Part shown: positions 62,916 to 64,000 of the stretch, one piece after another | Numbering within the stretch: the stretch's first letter is position 1 | Layout of the letters: every line of letters starts with the position of its first letter | Notes under the pieces: model-generated | What the model saw: the letters and a program-made list of their open reading frames with translations, nothing else | The model's database searches: none | Told to the model about the DNA's origin: nothing | From: Caldisericia bacterium | GTDB lineage: Bacteria; Caldisericota; Caldisericia; UBA6126 | NCBI GenBank assembly: GCA_040767255.1 | Contig: JAXGOZ010000003.1 | Span: 1-64,000 of the forward strand | DNA: 64,000 nt | Direction of reading: 5' to 3' | Position numbers and translations under genes: made by a program

Positions 62916-64000
62916 ATGAAAACGTTTAACTTTCGGTCACACGATAAGAAATGTAGAATGCAGTATGTGCCGTCAGATGCTCTTATTGTGTGGATTGGGA
63001 AAAAAGAAATCACCATCCCTCTTCAGGATATTCAGTCGGTTTATTTTTCAGAAATTCTTCGAGATCGACATCGTATCATTATTCTACACATTGATGGAGT
63101 TCACAAAGAGTTGCTAGCACTACCCGTTCATTCACAAACTGTAGCTTCTCTTCATCGATGGTTACACTCCATCCCTTCCATATCAGCCAATGTATATGCA
63201 TGCCCCAAACAACTTCAGCGAGGTAAATCCTCACAAAAAAACACGCTGTTCATTCTTCTTCTTATCGTGTTTCTAATTATTGCAGGAGTTTTTGTCACTC
63301 GGTTTTTCTTCATGAGAAAAACTCCCACGCCACCCATTGTCGTGAAAGATCCTTCCCCTACAGAGTTTCAAAAACTCTTCGATGAAGGCGTGCAGCGTAT
63401 TGAAGAAAATCACTTAACAGACGGGATCCAGCTTCTCTTAGAGGCTAAGAAGATAAAGTCAACACCTGATATTGAAAAGATTTTAAACGATGCTTATTTC
63501 GAGAGAGGAGAATACTTTTTTCAGAACAATGAGTTTGAAAAAGCAATGAGAGATTTTGAAAACATGACAATCCTCACTCCAAATGCAAAAAAAATGATTG
63601 ATCAAATGAAAATAACTCATTCTGGGACTCTACCAGGAATACAGGTACAAGCATTTCAAAACCAACTTCGTGAGTCGTATTATTTAACCTTTGGAGAACC
63701 AAAAATGGTTTCTACTGGGAATTGGGTGATAGATGGTCAAATGTTTGATGATGCTACCCAATCAGAACTTAGCTGCAGACTCTACTTGAAAAACCCTCAA
63801 GAAGTCTATCGAATCGTTTTCCAAACAGATGCATCCAAAGCTCAAGTCGCTCCAGAAGAGAATGATTTTACAAAGCTTTCTTCAAATTACCTCAGTTTTG
63901 CATCAACATTATTTCGTATGGAAAGTGATCCTGTAAAAGCCTCCGAATGGGTATCTAAAACCGTCCCAAAAGCCAAATTTTCCTATGTTCAATTTGATAA
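62916..64000 (+). CDS. hypothetical membrane protein (one central TM, C-terminal TPR-like region), 3' end beyond the window
   Basis: Reading frame is open from the ATG at 62916 to the window end. It is not in the ORF track because no stop codon is reached. TM helix LFILLLIVFLIIAGVFVT. Confidence 0.5.
   Translation, partial: MKTFNFRSHDKKCRMQYVPSDALIVWIGKKEITIPLQDIQSVYFSEILRDRHRIIILHIDGVHKELLALPVHSQTVASLHRWLHSIPSISANVYACPKQLQRGKSSQKNTLFILLLIVFLIIAGVFVTRFFFMRKTPTPPIVVKDPSPTEFQKLFDEGVQRIEENHLTDGIQLLLEAKKIKSTPDIEKILNDAYFERGEYFFQNNEFEKAMRDFENMTILTPNAKKMIDQMKITHSGTLPGIQVQAFQNQLRESYYLTFGEPKMVSTGNWVIDGQMFDDATQSELSCRLYLKNPQEVYRIVFQTDASKAQVAPEENDFTKLSSNYLSFASTLFRMESDPVKASEWVSKTVPKAKFSYVQFD

Overview
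This 64-kb window reads as low-GC Firmicutes (Clostridia-like) chromosomal DNA, almost entirely housekeeping genes packed on both strands. I found no integrase, transposase, prophage or CRISPR signal.

Gene content, in order: a partial atpB with an atpI-like gene; a purine operon (purA, purB, purS, purQ, purL, purN, purH, purD); an rSAM/SPASM maturase with an unannotated 56-aa six-cysteine (SCIFF/ranthipeptide-type) precursor peptide and an adjacent yigZ; oppC and oppB permeases; a minus-strand dcw cluster (rsmH, ftsL, PBP, murE, murF, mraY, murD, ftsW, murC, murB) with RNase P RNA sitting where mraZ would normally be; M42 peptidase and an SPFH protein; rnc; an OmpR-type response regulator, histidine kinase and TPR-like lipoprotein; an SLH-domain family-5 substrate-binding protein; an SDR oxidoreductase; a PrsA-like foldase; a Cas4-like PD-(D/E)XK nuclease; nadE plus a CN-hydrolase; an ECF/QueT-like S-component; RNase J; family-4 UDG; pnp and rpsO; nfo; lpd; mrp; a Na/Pi cotransporter; leuS; a small Cys-tailed membrane protein; an FMN riboswitch controlling ribU; an M18 aminopeptidase; a DUF3298 protein; comEC, comEA and xth; an orphan Flp pilin; a copper-amine-oxidase N-domain protein; and a sugar nucleotidyltransferase.

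The most notable items are (1) the ranthipeptide/SCIFF locus, whose precursor is missing from the ORF track and whose maturase is split by a homopolymer frameshift, and (2) the roughly 20 frameshifts in conserved genes, some of them essential. Most sit at short homopolymers and several restore the frame within about 100 bp. This points to uncorrected indel sequencing errors rather than a novel system, although real gene decay cannot be excluded from the sequence alone.

One coordinate inconsistency of about 2 bp appears around 13.6 kb between my hand-indexing and the ORF track. I used the ORF-track coordinates there.
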